A stretch of DNA of 45,745 nucleotides from Campylobacterales bacterium (GCA_038205935.1 JBBRBK010000010.1:1-45745); one strand, 5' to 3'. Shown: positions 19,640 to 33,663, counted from the first letter of the stretch. Numbers and translations: made by a program. The notes: a model not told the origin generated them from the sequence alone.

Positions 19640-20890
19640 TTACCAATCAATAGACTGAATTTTTCCATATTTTAGAGGAAATAAATAATTCTTATTATAT
19701 TTAAGCCTAATAATACCTATTGAACTTTGTTGCTTATACTCTTTCACATAAAGAATAGAATCACCATCTCCGGAAAATCTAGGAAATTCATTTACTCCCG
19801 TTGCTGTCAAGCGTCTTACCGCAGAGCTACCGGTAGAAATCAGGTGAAGATTAAACGTGTTGTCGCCAAAAGTATCCGAACTCTCTCTCGCTTTATAGAC
19901 AACATATCCATTGTGCGCACTACAAGAAGAGTTACTTTTACCTTCAAATACCAACTGCACTACGGCATTACTTCCTATCGTTAACCCAAAAATATTTGGG
20001 TAACCCAGACGATTAGAAATAAATGCAACCCTATTGTCACTCAAAAATTGACCGCCGACATCTATACCTTGATATGTTGTTAGACGTGTAGATTTTTTAG
20101 AATCTGCATTATAAAGATAAATATCAGGCTGTCCTTCTGGAGCCATAGTCACAAGAAGTTTTTTTCCATCTGGACTGACATCTGAACATACAATCATACC
20201 ATCTGATGAAAGCACGCTCGATGCTTTTCCAGTTTTAATATCTACAAGTTTTAATACCGGTTTTCTACCACTTAAATATGTATAGTAAAATGCGCTTTGA
20301 TCTTTATTTGCCCATTTAGGGAATACATTGATTCCCCCTTTTACAATTCTTTGTGAAAATGTAAGTGTATAATCGCAAACGAGAATTTCACTTTGTCCAG
20401 GTGACACCAACCTTGCGATTAAAACTTTACTTTTAATCCAATCAACCGGTGCTGCTCCCATGTATTCATTTACATCAAATGCCATCGCATGTGCAACAAA
20501 AACATAAAGATTTTTATTTTTTAATTTATAATTTTTTGTAGCAACAACAACGGATTTTTTCATAATTTTCATTGTAACGTTAAATGATTGATCAGCCTCT
20601 TCTGAAACCTTGTATCTAATAATATAGTCTTTATCTCTATTTTCTACTACTACATCTCCGTTCTCATAATTTGTAGTGTAGTGTTGCCTATCGACATTAA
20701 ATAGAGACAAAACATTTAAGTCACTCAGTAAAGTTTTAAAAAATGAGTTTCTTAAACTCTCATCATAACCTACCGATGAATCTTCGACACCAACACCCGG
20801 TGAAACATCTACTTTTTTTACAACTTCAATCGAGGCATCAGCTCCAAAAGATAGAGTGAAAAAAAATAGTAAACTTAAAAATATACGCAA
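19640..20890 (-). CDS. tolB: Tol-Pal beta-propeller protein TolB
   Basis: Signal peptide, SPDGKKLL, PRFSGDG repeats; TTG start with AAGGAG; operon context. Confidence 0.92.
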   Translation of the reverse strand: MRIFLSLLFFFTLSFGADASIEVVKKVDVSPGVGVEDSSVGYDESLRNSFFKTLLSDLNVLSLFNVDRQHYTTNYENGDVVVENRDKDYIIRYKVSEEADQSFNVTMKIMKKSVVVATKNYKLKNKNLYVFVAHAMAFDVNEYMGAAPVDWIKSKVLIARLVSPGQSEILVCDYTLTFSQRIVKGGINVFPKWANKDQSAFYYTYLSGRKPVLKLVDIKTGKASSVLSSDGMIVCSDVSPDGKKLLVTMAPEGQPDIYLYNADSKKSTRLTTYQGIDVGGQFLSDNRVAFISNRLGYPNIFGLTIGSNAVVQLVFEGKSNSSCSAHNGYVVYKARESSDTFGDNTFNLHLISTGSSAVRRLTATGVNEFPRFSGDGDSILYVKEYKQQSSIGIIRLKYNKNYLFPLKYGKIQSIDW

Positions 20891-20892
20891 AT

Positions 20893-21702
20893 CTACTCCT
20901 TTGCTACCAATGTAATCATATAACTTCCAGACTTCCCATCAGGATTTTCTGGAAATTTCAACATCATAATTCTTCTTTTTAACCTATCAACTTCTGCATT
21001 AAAAAAGTCATTACCTGAATAAGACACTATTCTAAAATCTAGGACTGTTCCATCAGAAGAAATTTTGATAAGAACCTTACCCGTCTGTCCTTGAGTATTG
21101 AGCGGAGGAAAAAAGTTATCATAGATCTGGCCTTGAATTTTAGCCAAATACTTGTTAACCTCTGCGCCCGTGGAACTACTTTGACTAGTCACTTCTACAG
21201 CTGCTTTTGAAAACTTTGTATTTTGGATTTTTTGCGTTAATGATGCAACATCATTTTTGCTTACAGTATCCACTTTTTTTGTTAATTTTTGTAATTGACT
21301 TTTATCCATTTTCACTTGTTTATCGGTTTTTTTTGAATCAACTGATTTAGTAAAAACCTTCGAAAATAGTGTGGAAACATCTGCTTCTTTTACAGGTGCT
21401 TCTTTTTGTTCCACCTTCTTTTCACTCTCTTTTGGGGTATCTTTAGTTTCAACTGGGGCTTGAGTTGCTTCTGGTTGTTCTTCTTTAACAACTTGTTTTT
21501 CTGTTTCTACTTTTTTTTCAATGTTTTTTTTTACAGGTTCACTAATAAGAGAAACATTAATAGCATTATCTTTGGTGAGTGCATAAGATTTATTTTCCTG
21601 CGCAGAGAAAAGCGCATAGGAAAAGAGGACAAATACCAGAAGCATTATCACCGATGATATAAAGCCACCTAAATAAAAGTAGCTATCGTTTTTATTATCC
21701 AT
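20893..21702 (-). CDS. tolA: TolA/TonB-like protein
   Basis: N-terminal TM, Lys/Glu-rich linker, TonB/TolA-like C-domain; between tolR and tolB. Confidence 0.78.
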   Translation of the reverse strand: MDNKNDSYFYLGGFISSVIMLLVFVLFSYALFSAQENKSYALTKDNAINVSLISEPVKKNIEKKVETEKQVVKEEQPEATQAPVETKDTPKESEKKVEQKEAPVKEADVSTLFSKVFTKSVDSKKTDKQVKMDKSQLQKLTKKVDTVSKNDVASLTQKIQNTKFSKAAVEVTSQSSSTGAEVNKYLAKIQGQIYDNFFPPLNTQGQTGKVLIKISSDGTVLDFRIVSYSGNDFFNAEVDRLKRRIMMLKFPENPDGKSGSYMITLVAKE

Positions 21703-22084
21703 TTGTAGTTAAAGATATTTCTGTAAATCCAGCTTGCTTCACAGCAGCAATAATAGACATAACAATACCATAATCAAGAGTTTTGTCTGCGCTTATAGTT
21801 ACGGTGGGTTTCTCACTGAATGTTTGTGCAAATTGCATAAAGTTATCTGCAAAAGAACTCAGTTCATAGTTATTATTATTTACTTTGACATTCTTATCTT
21901 TATCAATAGTTATATGAACAGGTGACAATTTTGATACTTGCTTCATCGAAGAACCCTGAGGCAAATTAATCAACTCTTCATATACTATATTTGGTGCAAT
22001 GACCATTAAAATGGCAAGTAAGACCAACATCACATCCACAAGTGGAGTGATGTTTAATTCCGGTTTATCATCCCAATCGTACAT
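21695..22084 (-). CDS. tolR: ExbD/TolR family protein
   Basis: ELNITPLVDVMLVLL, ISADKTLDYG. Confidence 0.88.
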   Translation of the reverse strand: MYDWDDKPELNITPLVDVMLVLLAILMVIAPNIVYEELINLPQGSSMKQVSKLSPVHITIDKDKNVKVNNNNYELSSFADNFMQFAQTFSEKPTVTISADKTLDYGIVMSIIAAVKQAGFTEISLTTNG

Positions 22085-22086
22085 TA

Positions 22087-22656
22087 TCAATACGCTTTTT
22101 TTGAGAGCAAAGAGTCAGATTGCATTTTCAAGAGTCCAGATAATTCAAATGCTTTTCTTTTTATAATCTGATGATATGTATATGCAAAAATAGCTACAAA
22201 TATGCCACTCGCAGTAGCAACCAATGCATCTGAAACACCTGCAGCAATTATTGCCATCGTTCCACTCGTTTGACCGATATGGCTAAATGTATCTAAGATA
22301 GAAACAACTGTCCCAAAAAGACCTATAAATGGTGAAGTTGAAGCGACAATAGATAAAAAAGATAAGCCTTTTGTTGCTTCTTTCGTTGCTGCAAATTGTG
22401 CCAAATCAAACAGTTCTCTCGAAAGTACAGAGGTACTTTTAATAAAATAACTTAAGTAAGAATTTGGTGCAATATTTGGTGATCCCATAAGCAGTGTCTC
22501 TAAAGATGAACTCTCTCTTGAATTCCATGCACTTAAAGAAAAAAGACGATAAAAGAAGATCCAATTGATAATGAAGAAATACAAAGTCAAAACTGCCAAC
22601 ACAAAAAGTGTGACAGGATGACTTTTGAGATAAAAATCTACAATGTGATTCAACAT
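22087..22656 (-). CDS. tolQ: MotA/TolQ/ExbB proton channel
   Basis: SPFIGLFGTV, GVSDALVATASGIFVAI. Confidence 0.88.
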   Translation of the reverse strand: MLNHIVDFYLKSHPVTLFVLAVLTLYFFIINWIFFYRLFSLSAWNSRESSSLETLLMGSPNIAPNSYLSYFIKSTSVLSRELFDLAQFAATKEATKGLSFLSIVASTSPFIGLFGTVVSILDTFSHIGQTSGTMAIIAAGVSDALVATASGIFVAIFAYTYHQIIKRKAFELSGLLKMQSDSLLSKKAY

Positions 22657-22660
22657 AAAA

Positions 22661-23053
22661 TTATATTAATTTTTGAGCTGCAGATTCAAGTTTTGCAGAT
22701 ACAGAAGCGATAGCAGCAGATGAATCTGATACATCTTCTATTAATTTTTTAGCTTCTGCTAAAGCCGCAGCGATTTCACTCTCTGAAGCACCTTTAATAG
22801 AAACGGCACCATCAACAAGCACAACAACTTTTGACTCATCCACTTGAACAACACCCCAATTGACAGCAACTGATTCTACAGTTTTATGATCTGTCTCAAG
22901 ATCAATCACACCAGCTTGTAACAAGGTTGTTAACGATGCGTGATGTGCCAAAACTCCAAACTCGCCCTCTTCACCAGGAAGAGTTACACTAACAACGTTA
23001 CCCATGAAGATAGCGCCATTAGGAGTTAGAATCTCTAGTTTGAATGTATCCAT
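22661..23053 (-). CDS. atpC: ATP synthase F1 epsilon
   Basis: LEILTPNG, LPGEEGEFGVLAHHA. Confidence 0.96.
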   Translation of the reverse strand: MDTFKLEILTPNGAIFMGNVVSVTLPGEEGEFGVLAHHASLTTLLQAGVIDLETDHKTVESVAVNWGVVQVDESKVVVLVDGAVSIKGASESEIAAALAEAKKLIEDVSDSSAAIASVSAKLESAAQKLI

Positions 23054-23079
23054 AACAATCCTTTTAGAGTTTATATGGA

Positions 23080-25370
<2,291 letters not shown>

Positions 25371-25382
25371 AGAAATACTTCC

Positions 25383-26900
25383 TTACGCTACTACGAAACT
25401 AGTTTTAAACTCTTCTAGTGCCTTAATCATCAACGCATGTGTATCGTCGTCGATTTTAGATGAACTTTTAATACTCTCAAAAATTTGAGGGTATGAAGCT
25501 TCAACAAACGGATAAAGCTCAGATTCAAAACGAACAACGTTTGATGCTGCCATATCATCTAAGAAACCTTCATTTCCAGCGAAAATAATTAGAGCTTGTT
25601 TTTCAGCTGAAAGTGGAGAGTATGGAGGTTGTTTCAACACTTCAACCATTCTTTGTCCACGTTCAAGCTGTTTGCGAGAAACTTCATCAAGATCAGATGC
25701 AAATTGAGCAAATGCTGCAAGTTCACGATACTGAGCAAGGTCAAGACGTAAAGTCCCAGCAACTTGTTTAGTAGCTTTGATTTGCGCAGCACCACCAACA
25801 CGAGAAACTGAAAGACCAACGTTGATCGCTGGGCGAACACCCGAGTTAAACAAGTCAGTTTCTAGGAAGATTTGACCATCAGTGATAGAGATAACGTTTG
25901 TCGGAATATATGCCGCAACATCACCAGCTTGAGTTTCAATGATTGGAAGAGCAGTTAATGAACCTGCACCTTTTTCATCACTTAACTTAGCAGCACGCTC
26001 TAGTAAACGAGAGTGGATATAAAAAACATCTCCCGGATACGCTTCACGGCCTGGAGGGCGACGAAGAATTAGAGACATCTCACGGTAAGCAACTGCATGT
26101 TTAGATAAATCATCATATACAATTAGACCATGGCGTGCATTATCACGGAAGTATTCTCCCATAGTAACACCAGTATATGGAGCCAAGAATTGAAGTGCAG
26201 CAGCTTCAGCAGCTGTAGCAGAAACAATAATTGTATATTCCATTGCACCGTGATCTTCTAAACGACGAATAACTTGTGCAACAGTTGACTGTTTTTGACC
26301 AACAGCAACATATACACATACAACACCATTACCTTTTTGGTTGATGATTGCATCTAATGCTATTGTAGTTTTACCAGTCTGACGGTCACCGATGATTAGC
26401 TCACGTTGACCACGACCGATTGGAACTAGAGCATCAATTGCTTTAATACCAGTTGCAAGTGGTTCATGAACGGATTTACGAGCCATAATACCAGGTGCTT
26501 TTTCTTCAACCAAACGAGATTCAGTTGTTTCAATAGGACCTTTACCATCAATTGGTTCACCTAGAGCATTGACAACACGACCAAGAAGCGCATCACCAAC
26601 AGGCACGCTTAAAAGTTTTCCTAAACGCTTAACGCTCATTCCCTCTTTTAATGCATTTCCGCTACCAAGTGTAACAACACCTGCTGTGCTTTCTTCTAAG
26701 TTCATAACAAGACCGCGAGTTCCTTCTTCAAACTCAACCATCTCACCAGCCATAACATTATTTAAACCATAAACTCTTGCAACACCATCAGCATAAGAAA
26801 CAATTTTACCTGTTTCGTTGATATCTACACTAAGTTCAAAATTTTCGATACGTTCTTTTATTATAGAACTAATTTCGTCAGCTTTTACTTTTGCTACCAC
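25383..26900 (-). CDS. atpA: ATP synthase F1 alpha
   Basis: [23 protein letters not shown]. Confidence 0.99.
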   Translation of the reverse strand: MVAKVKADEISSIIKERIENFELSVDINETGKIVSYADGVARVYGLNNVMAGEMVEFEEGTRGLVMNLEESTAGVVTLGSGNALKEGMSVKRLGKLLSVPVGDALLGRVVNALGEPIDGKGPIETTESRLVEEKAPGIMARKSVHEPLATGIKAIDALVPIGRGQRELIIGDRQTGKTTIALDAIINQKGNGVVCVYVAVGQKQSTVAQVIRRLEDHGAMEYTIIVSATAAEAAALQFLAPYTGVTMGEYFRDNARHGLIVYDDLSKHAVAYREMSLILRRPPGREAYPGDVFYIHSRLLERAAKLSDEKGAGSLTALPIIETQAGDVAAYIPTNVISITDGQIFLETDLFNSGVRPAINVGLSVSRVGGAAQIKATKQVAGTLRLDLAQYRELAAFAQFASDLDEVSRKQLERGQRMVEVLKQPPYSPLSAEKQALIIFAGNEGFLDDMAASNVVRFESELYPFVEASYPQIFESIKSSSKIDDDTHALMIKALEEFKTSFVVA

Positions 26901-26921
26901 TACTATTCTCCTCTCTTTGTA

Positions 26922-27455
26922 TTAAATTGCTTTTAAAATATGCTCAATAAGTTGAGTATTTATTCTAGATTTAGAAAAATCTATTTCAAGTCCAAGATCT
27001 TCAATCTTCATTTTTACACCATCAAAATCATTTTTGACAAATTTTAAAGTGATATTTGAATTAATCTTTTTACTAATTCCTGAGCCTAATTCATTTAAAG
27101 TTGCACTGTCAATATCACCATTACTATAAACTACACCACTATAAGTATTGTTTATTTTTGCTATCTCTTTTTTTATTACATCAGAGATCGCAGGGATAAC
27201 GTTGATACGGTGTTCTTCCACTAACAAATGAATAAAATTATTTAATTCTTTAGATTCAACAGCTTTTGTAGCATCTAATAAAATAGCCAATTTTTGACTT
27301 TTTGTTACATTTGGATTATCCATAATTTGGGAAAATTTTGGATTTTTAAATTCGCTTGCAAGTGCATCAAAAACAACACCCACTTCAGCTAATTCGTTAA
27401 CACTAAAAGCATTTTTCAAGGCTTTTACATAACGTTTTGCAATTATTTCTTCCAT
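26922..27455 (-). CDS. atpH: ATP synthase F1 delta
   Basis: IAKRYVKAL start, NFIHLLVE; operon position. Confidence 0.93.
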   Translation of the reverse strand: MEEIIAKRYVKALKNAFSVNELAEVGVVFDALASEFKNPKFSQIMDNPNVTKSQKLAILLDATKAVESKELNNFIHLLVEEHRINVIPAISDVIKKEIAKINNTYSGVVYSNGDIDSATLNELGSGISKKINSNITLKFVKNDFDGVKMKIEDLGLEIDFSKSRINTQLIEHILKAI

Positions 27456-27976
27456 TATGCAACCTTTTTCAAGATAACATCAACCATAGCTTTTGTATCA
27501 AAACTATTAGTATCTTCTGCTAGCAATTCAATTAAAGTAGTATCTACTACTTCTCTTACCATTTTTCTTTTTTGAAGTTCCATCAATGAAACATTTTGTT
27601 TCGTAATGATTTCTAGATCACTATTGCATTGATTCATAACTGTATCTTGAAGAACTTTGTTCTCTTTTTTAGCACTTTCTAAAATTTCTTTTGCCAATTT
27701 CTCGGCATCAGTCAATTTTTGTAAAGCTTTTTCTTTTGCAGTTTTTGATTCGCCTAGCTTATCTTGGACCTTTTGAAGTTCATCTGCAATAGATTTACTT
27801 CTCCCTGAAAAATAACTTTTCGCAGGTTCTGCCACAAAATACCAAACTATTCCAGCAAAAACTAAAAAGTTGATAGTACGCCACACAATATCTGTAGAGT
27901 GTTCAGCACCATTTCCTGATGCCAGTGCATATGTTGACACCATAAGCATTAATAATATAATTCTACTCATGAACAT
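27455..27976 (-). CDS. atpF: ATP synthase F0 subunit b
   Basis: DIVWRTINFLVF TM followed by a coiled coil; the start may be the second ATG (27970). Confidence 0.92.
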   Translation of the reverse strand: MFMSRIILLMLMVSTYALASGNGAEHSTDIVWRTINFLVFAGIVWYFVAEPAKSYFSGRSKSIADELQKVQDKLGESKTAKEKALQKLTDAEKLAKEILESAKKENKVLQDTVMNQCNSDLEIITKQNVSLMELQKRKMVREVVDTTLIELLAEDTNSFDTKAMVDVILKKVA

Positions 27977-27978
27977 CC

Positions 27979-28401
27979 TTACAGTTGACTAAATTTAGCT
28001 TTGATAGCTTCTTTAAATAAAGGAGCTTGCGATAACAAGGCATTATTTAACTCTTTACGCTCTTGAGCCAAAGTTTTTTCAAACTCAAGATATTCACCTG
28101 CTAATTCAGCACGTTTTGCATCTAACTTGCTTTGTGCCAATTCCTTAGCATCTGCAATAACTTTCTCCCTTAAAGCTGCCGCTTCGAGTTTAGCATTCAT
28201 AACAGTTTGCTCAGACTTTGCGATTAGCGCACTAATCTCATCATCATTTGATCCAACTTGTTGCAAATCCCTTTTGAGATCAGCATCACGTTTGCTCATA
28301 TAAGATAGCAAAGGACGATAGAGCCAACTGTTTAGAACGGCAATAAGGATAAGAAATACAACCAGCGTTACACCAAGTAGTATCGGACTTATATCTAACA
28401 T
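27979..28401 (-). CDS. ATP synthase F0 subunit b'
   Basis: N-terminal TM, LNSWLYRPLLSYM, coiled coil; first gene of the atp operon, AGGAGG SD. Confidence 0.9.
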   Translation of the reverse strand: MLDISPILLGVTLVVFLILIAVLNSWLYRPLLSYMSKRDADLKRDLQQVGSNDDEISALIAKSEQTVMNAKLEAAALREKVIADAKELAQSKLDAKRAELAGEYLEFEKTLAQERKELNNALLSQAPLFKEAIKAKFSQL

Positions 28402-28423
28402 AGCACCTCCTAAAAGTTGCGTG

Positions 28424-28429
28424 ATTATA
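28424..28429 (-). promoter_or_regulatory. probable -10 box of the atp operon
   Basis: TATAAT on the minus strand just upstream of the AGGAGG SD. Confidence 0.6.
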
Positions 28430-28488
28430 CTATGTGTAAATTGAAACGACAGTTAAACAAGAGTTTTTTTTTGAGGAAATTGAATTTT

Positions 28489-29334
28489 TTATAAAAGTTT
28501 TGAAAGAAATTGCTCTATTTGTAACTCATTAGAAAACTCAATAGTCATTTTATTTGACTTAAAACTAGCTTTTAGTCCATAATTTTCAAATTTTTTCTTG
28601 ATTGGATTAAAGTTGTACTCGATGATCTCTTTTTCGTGAGTCATTAATCTCTCAGTATCTGTTTTTAGTGACTTTACCATACCTTCAACATCTCTTACAC
28701 TGAGTCTTTGTCCGATAATAGAATCAACCAAAAGCTGTTGCTCTTTTTCATCTAGGCCAATCAAAGTTCTTGCATGTCCGGAAGAGATCTTATTATCTAT
28801 CAAAGCTTTTTGAGTCTTTTGTGAAAGTTGTAAAAGTCGCATTGTATTTGTTATGTTTGCTCTACTCTTATGAATTCTTGAACCTAATTCATCATGAGTA
28901 ATATTGTGCATCTTAATCAACTCTTCGTAGGCAATAGCAAGTTCAATAGAATTTAACTCATCACGCTGAATATTTTCTATCAAAGCTAGATGACGCATGC
29001 TATCATCATCAACTTTCATACATATTGCACGAATCGTTTTGAGTTTCATCAACTTTGATGCACGAAGTCTTCTCTCGCCTGAAACAAGAGTATATCCATC
29101 AATATCTGCAATCACAACAATTGGCTGAAGTAGTCCGTCATTTTTGATTGATTCACCAAGTTCTAGTAAAGATTCTTCATTGAAACTTTTTCTTGGCTGA
29201 TAAGGATTCGGTTTTATACTTTTTAATGGAATATCTAAAACCGCATCAGTATCTGGAACTTCATTATCATATGCTTTTTCTATCTCGCCGAGGAGCTCAC
29301 CAAGCCCTCTTCCTAAAGACTTATTCTTTATCAC
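28489..29334 (-). CDS. parB: ParB/Spo0J partition protein
   Basis: LGRGLGELL, PNPYQPRK, GERRLRA, ENIQR, HTH. Confidence 0.96.
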   Translation of the reverse strand: MIKNKSLGRGLGELLGEIEKAYDNEVPDTDAVLDIPLKSIKPNPYQPRKSFNEESLLELGESIKNDGLLQPIVVIADIDGYTLVSGERRLRASKLMKLKTIRAICMKVDDDSMRHLALIENIQRDELNSIELAIAYEELIKMHNITHDELGSRIHKSRANITNTMRLLQLSQKTQKALIDNKISSGHARTLIGLDEKEQQLLVDSIIGQRLSVRDVEGMVKSLKTDTERLMTHEKEIIEYNFNPIKKKFENYGLKASFKSNKMTIEFSNELQIEQFLSKLL

Positions 29335-30113
29335 GCTATGATTGCCTGTGCAAGATCTTGATACGCTACAGATCCGCTCGATTTTACATCATATAAAATA
29401 ACCGGTTTTCCAAAAGATGGAGATTCTGCAAGTTTTACATTTCTTGGTATTACAATAAATTCATTTTCAGTGTCTCTGAATAGTTTTCCTTGAAAATGTT
29501 GTCTCAAATCTGCAAAAACTTGCTTTGAAAGATTATTTTGAGAACTAAACATTGTCGGCAAAAATCCTTTAATCGAAAGTTTCGGATTAATAGTCTTACG
29601 AATAAGACGTACAGTATTTAAAAGCTGTGCCAAACCTTCAAGTGCAAAAAACTCACATTGAATAGGAATAATCACAGAGTTTGAAGCTGAAAGTGCATTT
29701 ATCGTCATAGGCCCAAGTGCTGGAGGTGAATCGATGATGATATAATCATAATCTTTAATAACCAAAGCAATTGCTTTTTTTAAGACTAATTCTCGCCCAG
29801 CTGAATTTCCAGACTCGTAATACTCTTTTTCTATACCTACCAAACCTATGTTCGATGGTGCAAGATGCAGAGTTGGTAAAGCAGATTTTAAAATAATCTC
29901 TTTTAATTTTTTTGTCCCTATAAGGACATGGTAGATATTAAACTCATAGTCATTTCTGTGAAAACCTAAGGAGGTTGTCGCATTAGCCTGCGGATCAGCG
30001 TCGATTAAAAGAACTTTTTTTTCAGCTACCGCTAAAGATGCAGCTAGATTTACAGCTGTTGTAGTCTTACCTACTCCACCTTTTTGATTTGCTATTACGA
30101 TTACTTCACTCAT
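29331..30113 (-). CDS. parA: ParA/Soj ATPase
   Basis: NQKGGVGKTTT, DADPQAN, IPRNVKLAESPSFG. Confidence 0.96.
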   Translation of the reverse strand: MSEVIVIANQKGGVGKTTTAVNLAASLAVAEKKVLLIDADPQANATTSLGFHRNDYEFNIYHVLIGTKKLKEIILKSALPTLHLAPSNIGLVGIEKEYYESGNSAGRELVLKKAIALVIKDYDYIIIDSPPALGPMTINALSASNSVIIPIQCEFFALEGLAQLLNTVRLIRKTINPKLSIKGFLPTMFSSQNNLSKQVFADLRQHFQGKLFRDTENEFIVIPRNVKLAESPSFGKPVILYDVKSSGSVAYQDLAQAIIA

Positions 30114-30745
30114 CTTAAACTATATATCCTTTGACCATCACTGACTATCGATCCATCGTCTTGCAACGAAACATCACCTAGAGAAATTCTATCATCTCCA
30201 CTATGCGCAAAATAGTTTTTGCTCTTGCGAAATTCTAACTTATACTTACTAAAAATATGCTTCCATTCAATGTTTTTTTTCAAATAATTAAAATAACATT
30301 CTAAAATATTTTCTAAAGAAATCTCAACATCCAATTTTTCAAAAATATCAGGAGCCGCAACTAAATTAAGCCCAATCCCACAGACTAAATCACCTTTGAC
30401 AATATTGGTAATAGTTCCGCCTATCTTCACATCTCCTATATAAAAATCATTTGGCCATTTCAGCCATACATGTGAGCCATGGTCTTCTAAAACCTGCTTC
30501 ATAATGTATGAGAAGTAGATAGAAGAGGATTCAAGTTTGAGATCCTGGGGTAACTCTTTAATAGAAATACAAAAAGATAAAAAAAGATTTCCATCTGCGC
30601 CTATCCAGCTATTTCCTCTACTGCCTTGTCCATGTATTTGTCTTTTGGCAACAACAGCAATAGGAGAAACAAGCTCTTTACTTTTTAAACGCTCTTTGAG
30701 GTATTCTTGAGTCGAAGCTACTTCATCAAGATAAAATATCGTCAA
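30110..30745 (-). CDS. birA: biotin--[acetyl-CoA-carboxylase] ligase (no HTH)
   Basis: STQ, GQGSRGNSW, KWPND, KIGG, GIGLN. Confidence 0.94.
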   Translation of the reverse strand: MTIFYLDEVASTQEYLKERLKSKELVSPIAVVAKRQIHGQGSRGNSWIGADGNLFLSFCISIKELPQDLKLESSSIYFSYIMKQVLEDHGSHVWLKWPNDFYIGDVKIGGTITNIVKGDLVCGIGLNLVAAPDIFEKLDVEISLENILECYFNYLKKNIEWKHIFSKYKLEFRKSKNYFAHSGDDRISLGDVSLQDDGSIVSDGQRIYSLR

Positions 30746-31634
30746 TTTTTAAACGCTTTCCGTTGCAGTAGGAGATGATATCCATCTCATTTTTTGATTC
30801 TGGTTGAACTCTATAAATTTCAAGTGATCCAAGTGTACATCCAACAACAATATAATCTTTTGCTATTTCTATAATTTTTCCAGCCTCATACGTTCGACAA
30901 GCAGAATGAAGTTTTATACTTTTTATTTTTAATCCACTTTGAAGATGGATCCCAGGCCATGGAGTAAACGCTCTATATCTGTTGTACAAAATGATAGCAT
31001 CCAAAAATTCCACTTCCCCATCATTTTTTGTGATTTTTGAGCAGTGCGTTGCTAGAGTATTATCTTGTTTTATAGGAGTCAGATTGTGATAATTTCTTAA
31101 AACATCAAGAGTTAAGTCACTTGCGACTTCTGTCAATTTAAGAAAAAGTGCATCTGCCTTTTCATCATCATCGATGGCAACTTGAGATATTTTGATTATA
31201 TCTCCCGTATCGAGGCCTACATCCATTTTCATGGCTGTTACTCCAGTTACTTTATCACCGTGCAATAACGCTTCTTGGATAGGACTTGCCCCTCGATATT
31301 TTGGAAGGATTGACGCATGAAGATTGATACAAACAGCATGATCTAAAATCTCACGAGGAAGTATCTGCCCATACGCTGCTACAACAATAAAATCACACTC
31401 TATTTTCAAAAGCTCTTCCACTACAGACTCATCGCGTAATTTTACAGGCTGATACACTGCAATATTAGAATCAAGGGCCGTCAACTTTACAGGAGGAGGA
31501 GTCATGATTTTTTTTCTGCCGACGGGTTTATCCGGCTGAGTATAAACAGCTACTACTTCCATATCACCCGCTCTTAGCAAATCTTTTAGTATTGTATCTG
31601 CGTAAACGGGAGTTCCCATAAAAATGATTTTCAT
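30726..31634 (-). CDS. fmt: methionyl-tRNA formyltransferase
   Basis: MKIIFMGTP start at 31634, TQPDKPVGR, NLHASILPKYRGASP. Confidence 0.97.
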   Translation of the reverse strand: MKIIFMGTPVYADTILKDLLRAGDMEVVAVYTQPDKPVGRKKIMTPPPVKLTALDSNIAVYQPVKLRDESVVEELLKIECDFIVVAAYGQILPREILDHAVCINLHASILPKYRGASPIQEALLHGDKVTGVTAMKMDVGLDTGDIIKISQVAIDDDEKADALFLKLTEVASDLTLDVLRNYHNLTPIKQDNTLATHCSKITKNDGEVEFLDAIILYNRYRAFTPWPGIHLQSGLKIKSIKLHSACRTYEAGKIIEIAKDYIVVGCTLGSLEIYRVQPESKNEMDIISYCNGKRLKIDDILS

Positions 31635-31635
31635 A

Positions 31636-32403
31636 TTAATCTTCCTTACATGTAAAGAGTGTACCGCCCAAGTGTTTCTCATCTAGAAGAAAACTTCTTA
31701 CATCGCTTAGATCAAAACCGCTTGCTAAGAACATTTCACGCTTACATGTAAGCATATAAGAAGCAGCTTTGAGCTTTGTCACTATGCCACCAGTTGCAAA
31801 TTCACTATGAGGAGAAGCCACTTGTTCGAGCTCATTAGGATCTATAACATTTACTATTTTTCTTACTTTTGCTTCAGAATTTTTGTGCGGATCACTGTCA
31901 TAATAAGCATCAATATCTGAAAGGATCAAAAGCATATCAGCATCAATACTACATGCAACGTAAGCTGAAAGCTGATCGTTATCACCTACTCCAAGTTCGT
32001 CTGTAGCAGTTGCATCGTTTTCATTAACGATCGGTACAACACCGTTTTCAAGTAAGATATTCATAGTATTTTTGATTTTTTGATTTTGTTTTGGAGTATT
32101 AAGATCTGCGGCAGTTAAAAGTATTTGAGCGCAGAGTTCATTATGCTCCCCAAAAGCAAGGCGATATTTTTTCATTAAAAGTGGCTGACCGATAGCTGCC
32201 AGCGCTTGTTTGTTTTGCAAGATTTTTTTATCAAGTTTAAGTTGTGTATATCCAGCTGACACTGCTCCTGAAGAGACAAGAACAACCTCGTATTTCTGTT
32301 TAAGATCAATAAGTAGTTTTACAATATTTTTCAGTCTATCCTCTGCGATCTGCAGATTCTCTGTAAGAACTGCAGTGCCTACTTTTAAAACGATACGTTT
32401 CAT
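31636..32403 (-). CDS. proB: glutamate 5-kinase (no PUA domain)
   Basis: [32 protein letters not shown]. Confidence 0.96.
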   Translation of the reverse strand: MKRIVLKVGTAVLTENLQIAEDRLKNIVKLLIDLKQKYEVVLVSSGAVSAGYTQLKLDKKILQNKQALAAIGQPLLMKKYRLAFGEHNELCAQILLTAADLNTPKQNQKIKNTMNILLENGVVPIVNENDATATDELGVGDNDQLSAYVACSIDADMLLILSDIDAYYDSDPHKNSEAKVRKIVNVIDPNELEQVASPHSEFATGGIVTKLKAASYMLTCKREMFLASGFDLSDVRSFLLDEKHLGGTLFTCKED

Positions 32404-33506
32404 CTTTGTTGTCTGTCCGTGTGTACAAGATTAAAAAGTGCATATTTGAGTGCTTCAATATTTTTGCTTGTCGCAGATGAGATCGGCGCTACAAAATATG
32501 GTTTTGTTCTATCATACCCGAGAGTTTCCTCTGCTGTGTCTTGAATGAAATATGGTAAAGTTGGATCAAAATCAAACTCGCTTTTTTCATTTGCATTAAG
32601 TCCTAGAAGTTCTAAAAAGCCGTTTATAAGAACAGGAACATCCTCTTGAGCAACGATATCTAAACGTGTTAGTGCAATTGCATATTTGCTTGTTCCAAGT
32701 ATCTCAGAAAACGCGGCAACCTCTTTTTGCAAAGTCTCAAACTGCTCTTTGAGATCTCTGTATGAAGCTAAATCGATCATAAACAAAAGGGTCTTCGTTC
32801 TTTCAATATGACGTAAAAACTGGATACCAAGACCTTTACCTTCACTCGCTCCGCCGATAATCCCTGGGATATCTGCCATAACAAATGACTCAAAATCTCC
32901 AATATCTACTTGGCCAAGCTTTGGTGTCAATGTTGTAAACTCATAGTTTGCAATCTCTGGACGTGCATTTGATACTGTTGAGATCAGCGTTGATTTTCCA
33001 ACATTTGGAAAACCGACAAGCCCAACATCTGCTATGAGTTTAAGATCAAGTTTTATTTGTAGAGTTTGATTTCCCTCGCCAGGTTGACAATGGGTAGGTC
33101 TTTGATTTGTTGAAGATTTAAAGTGTGTATTTCCAAGACCGCCTTTGCCGCCTTCTAACAACTTTGCTTCTTGTCCATCAACAAGCATATCACAAAGAAC
33201 TTTTCCACTTTCTTTGTCTATGATCTGTGTTCCTGGAGGAACGATGATCACTTTTTTGACTCCCGACTTTCCATTCATATTTCTTGGAGCACCCGGTACG
33301 CCGTTATCTGCTTTAATGTGCATATTTCTTTGAAAATAAGAGAGTGTATGCGTATTATTATCACATTTAAACCAGACATCTCCGCCTTTTCCACCATCTC
33401 CACCATTTGGACCGCCGTTTACGACAAACTTTTCACGACGAAATGAAGCACATCCGGCTCCGCCTTTTCCTGAAGAAATGGTAAGCTCTACGCTATCTAT
33501 AAACAT
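32400..33506 (-). CDS. obgE: GTPase ObgE/CgtA
   Basis: Gly-rich Obg fold, [18 protein letters not shown]. Confidence 0.98.
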   Translation of the reverse strand: MFIDSVELTISSGKGGAGCASFRREKFVVNGGPNGGDGGKGGDVWFKCDNNTHTLSYFQRNMHIKADNGVPGAPRNMNGKSGVKKVIIVPPGTQIIDKESGKVLCDMLVDGQEAKLLEGGKGGLGNTHFKSSTNQRPTHCQPGEGNQTLQIKLDLKLIADVGLVGFPNVGKSTLISTVSNARPEIANYEFTTLTPKLGQVDIGDFESFVMADIPGIIGGASEGKGLGIQFLRHIERTKTLLFMIDLASYRDLKEQFETLQKEVAAFSEILGTSKYAIALTRLDIVAQEDVPVLINGFLELLGLNANEKSEFDFDPTLPYFIQDTAEETLGYDRTKPYFVAPISSATSKNIEALKYALFNLVHTDRQQR

Positions 33507-33634
33507 AAAAATCCTTGTGCAATATTTAAAAATTGATTCTGCTTACATGTAAGACAAAATAAACTGTTAAAGACTGAAATATAGAAACAAAATTATAGTT
33601 AAAAAAATGAATTTAAAAAAGAGTTTGTCAGAAA

Positions 33635-33658
33635 TTCATCAGGCAAAAGCCTGAAGAA
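33635..33658 (-). terminator. hairpin after rpmA (possible terminator)
   Basis: TCAGGC-AAAA-GCCTGA stem-loop just downstream of the rpmA stop; the U-tract is weak. Confidence 0.45.
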
Positions 33659-33663
33659 GGAAA

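Noticed and set aside
28489..30113. The iterated palindrome as parS for the local ParAB
   Set aside because: It does not match the parS consensus TGTTTCACGTGAAACA, no perfect copy lies in or beside parAB, and I found no canonical parS in the window.
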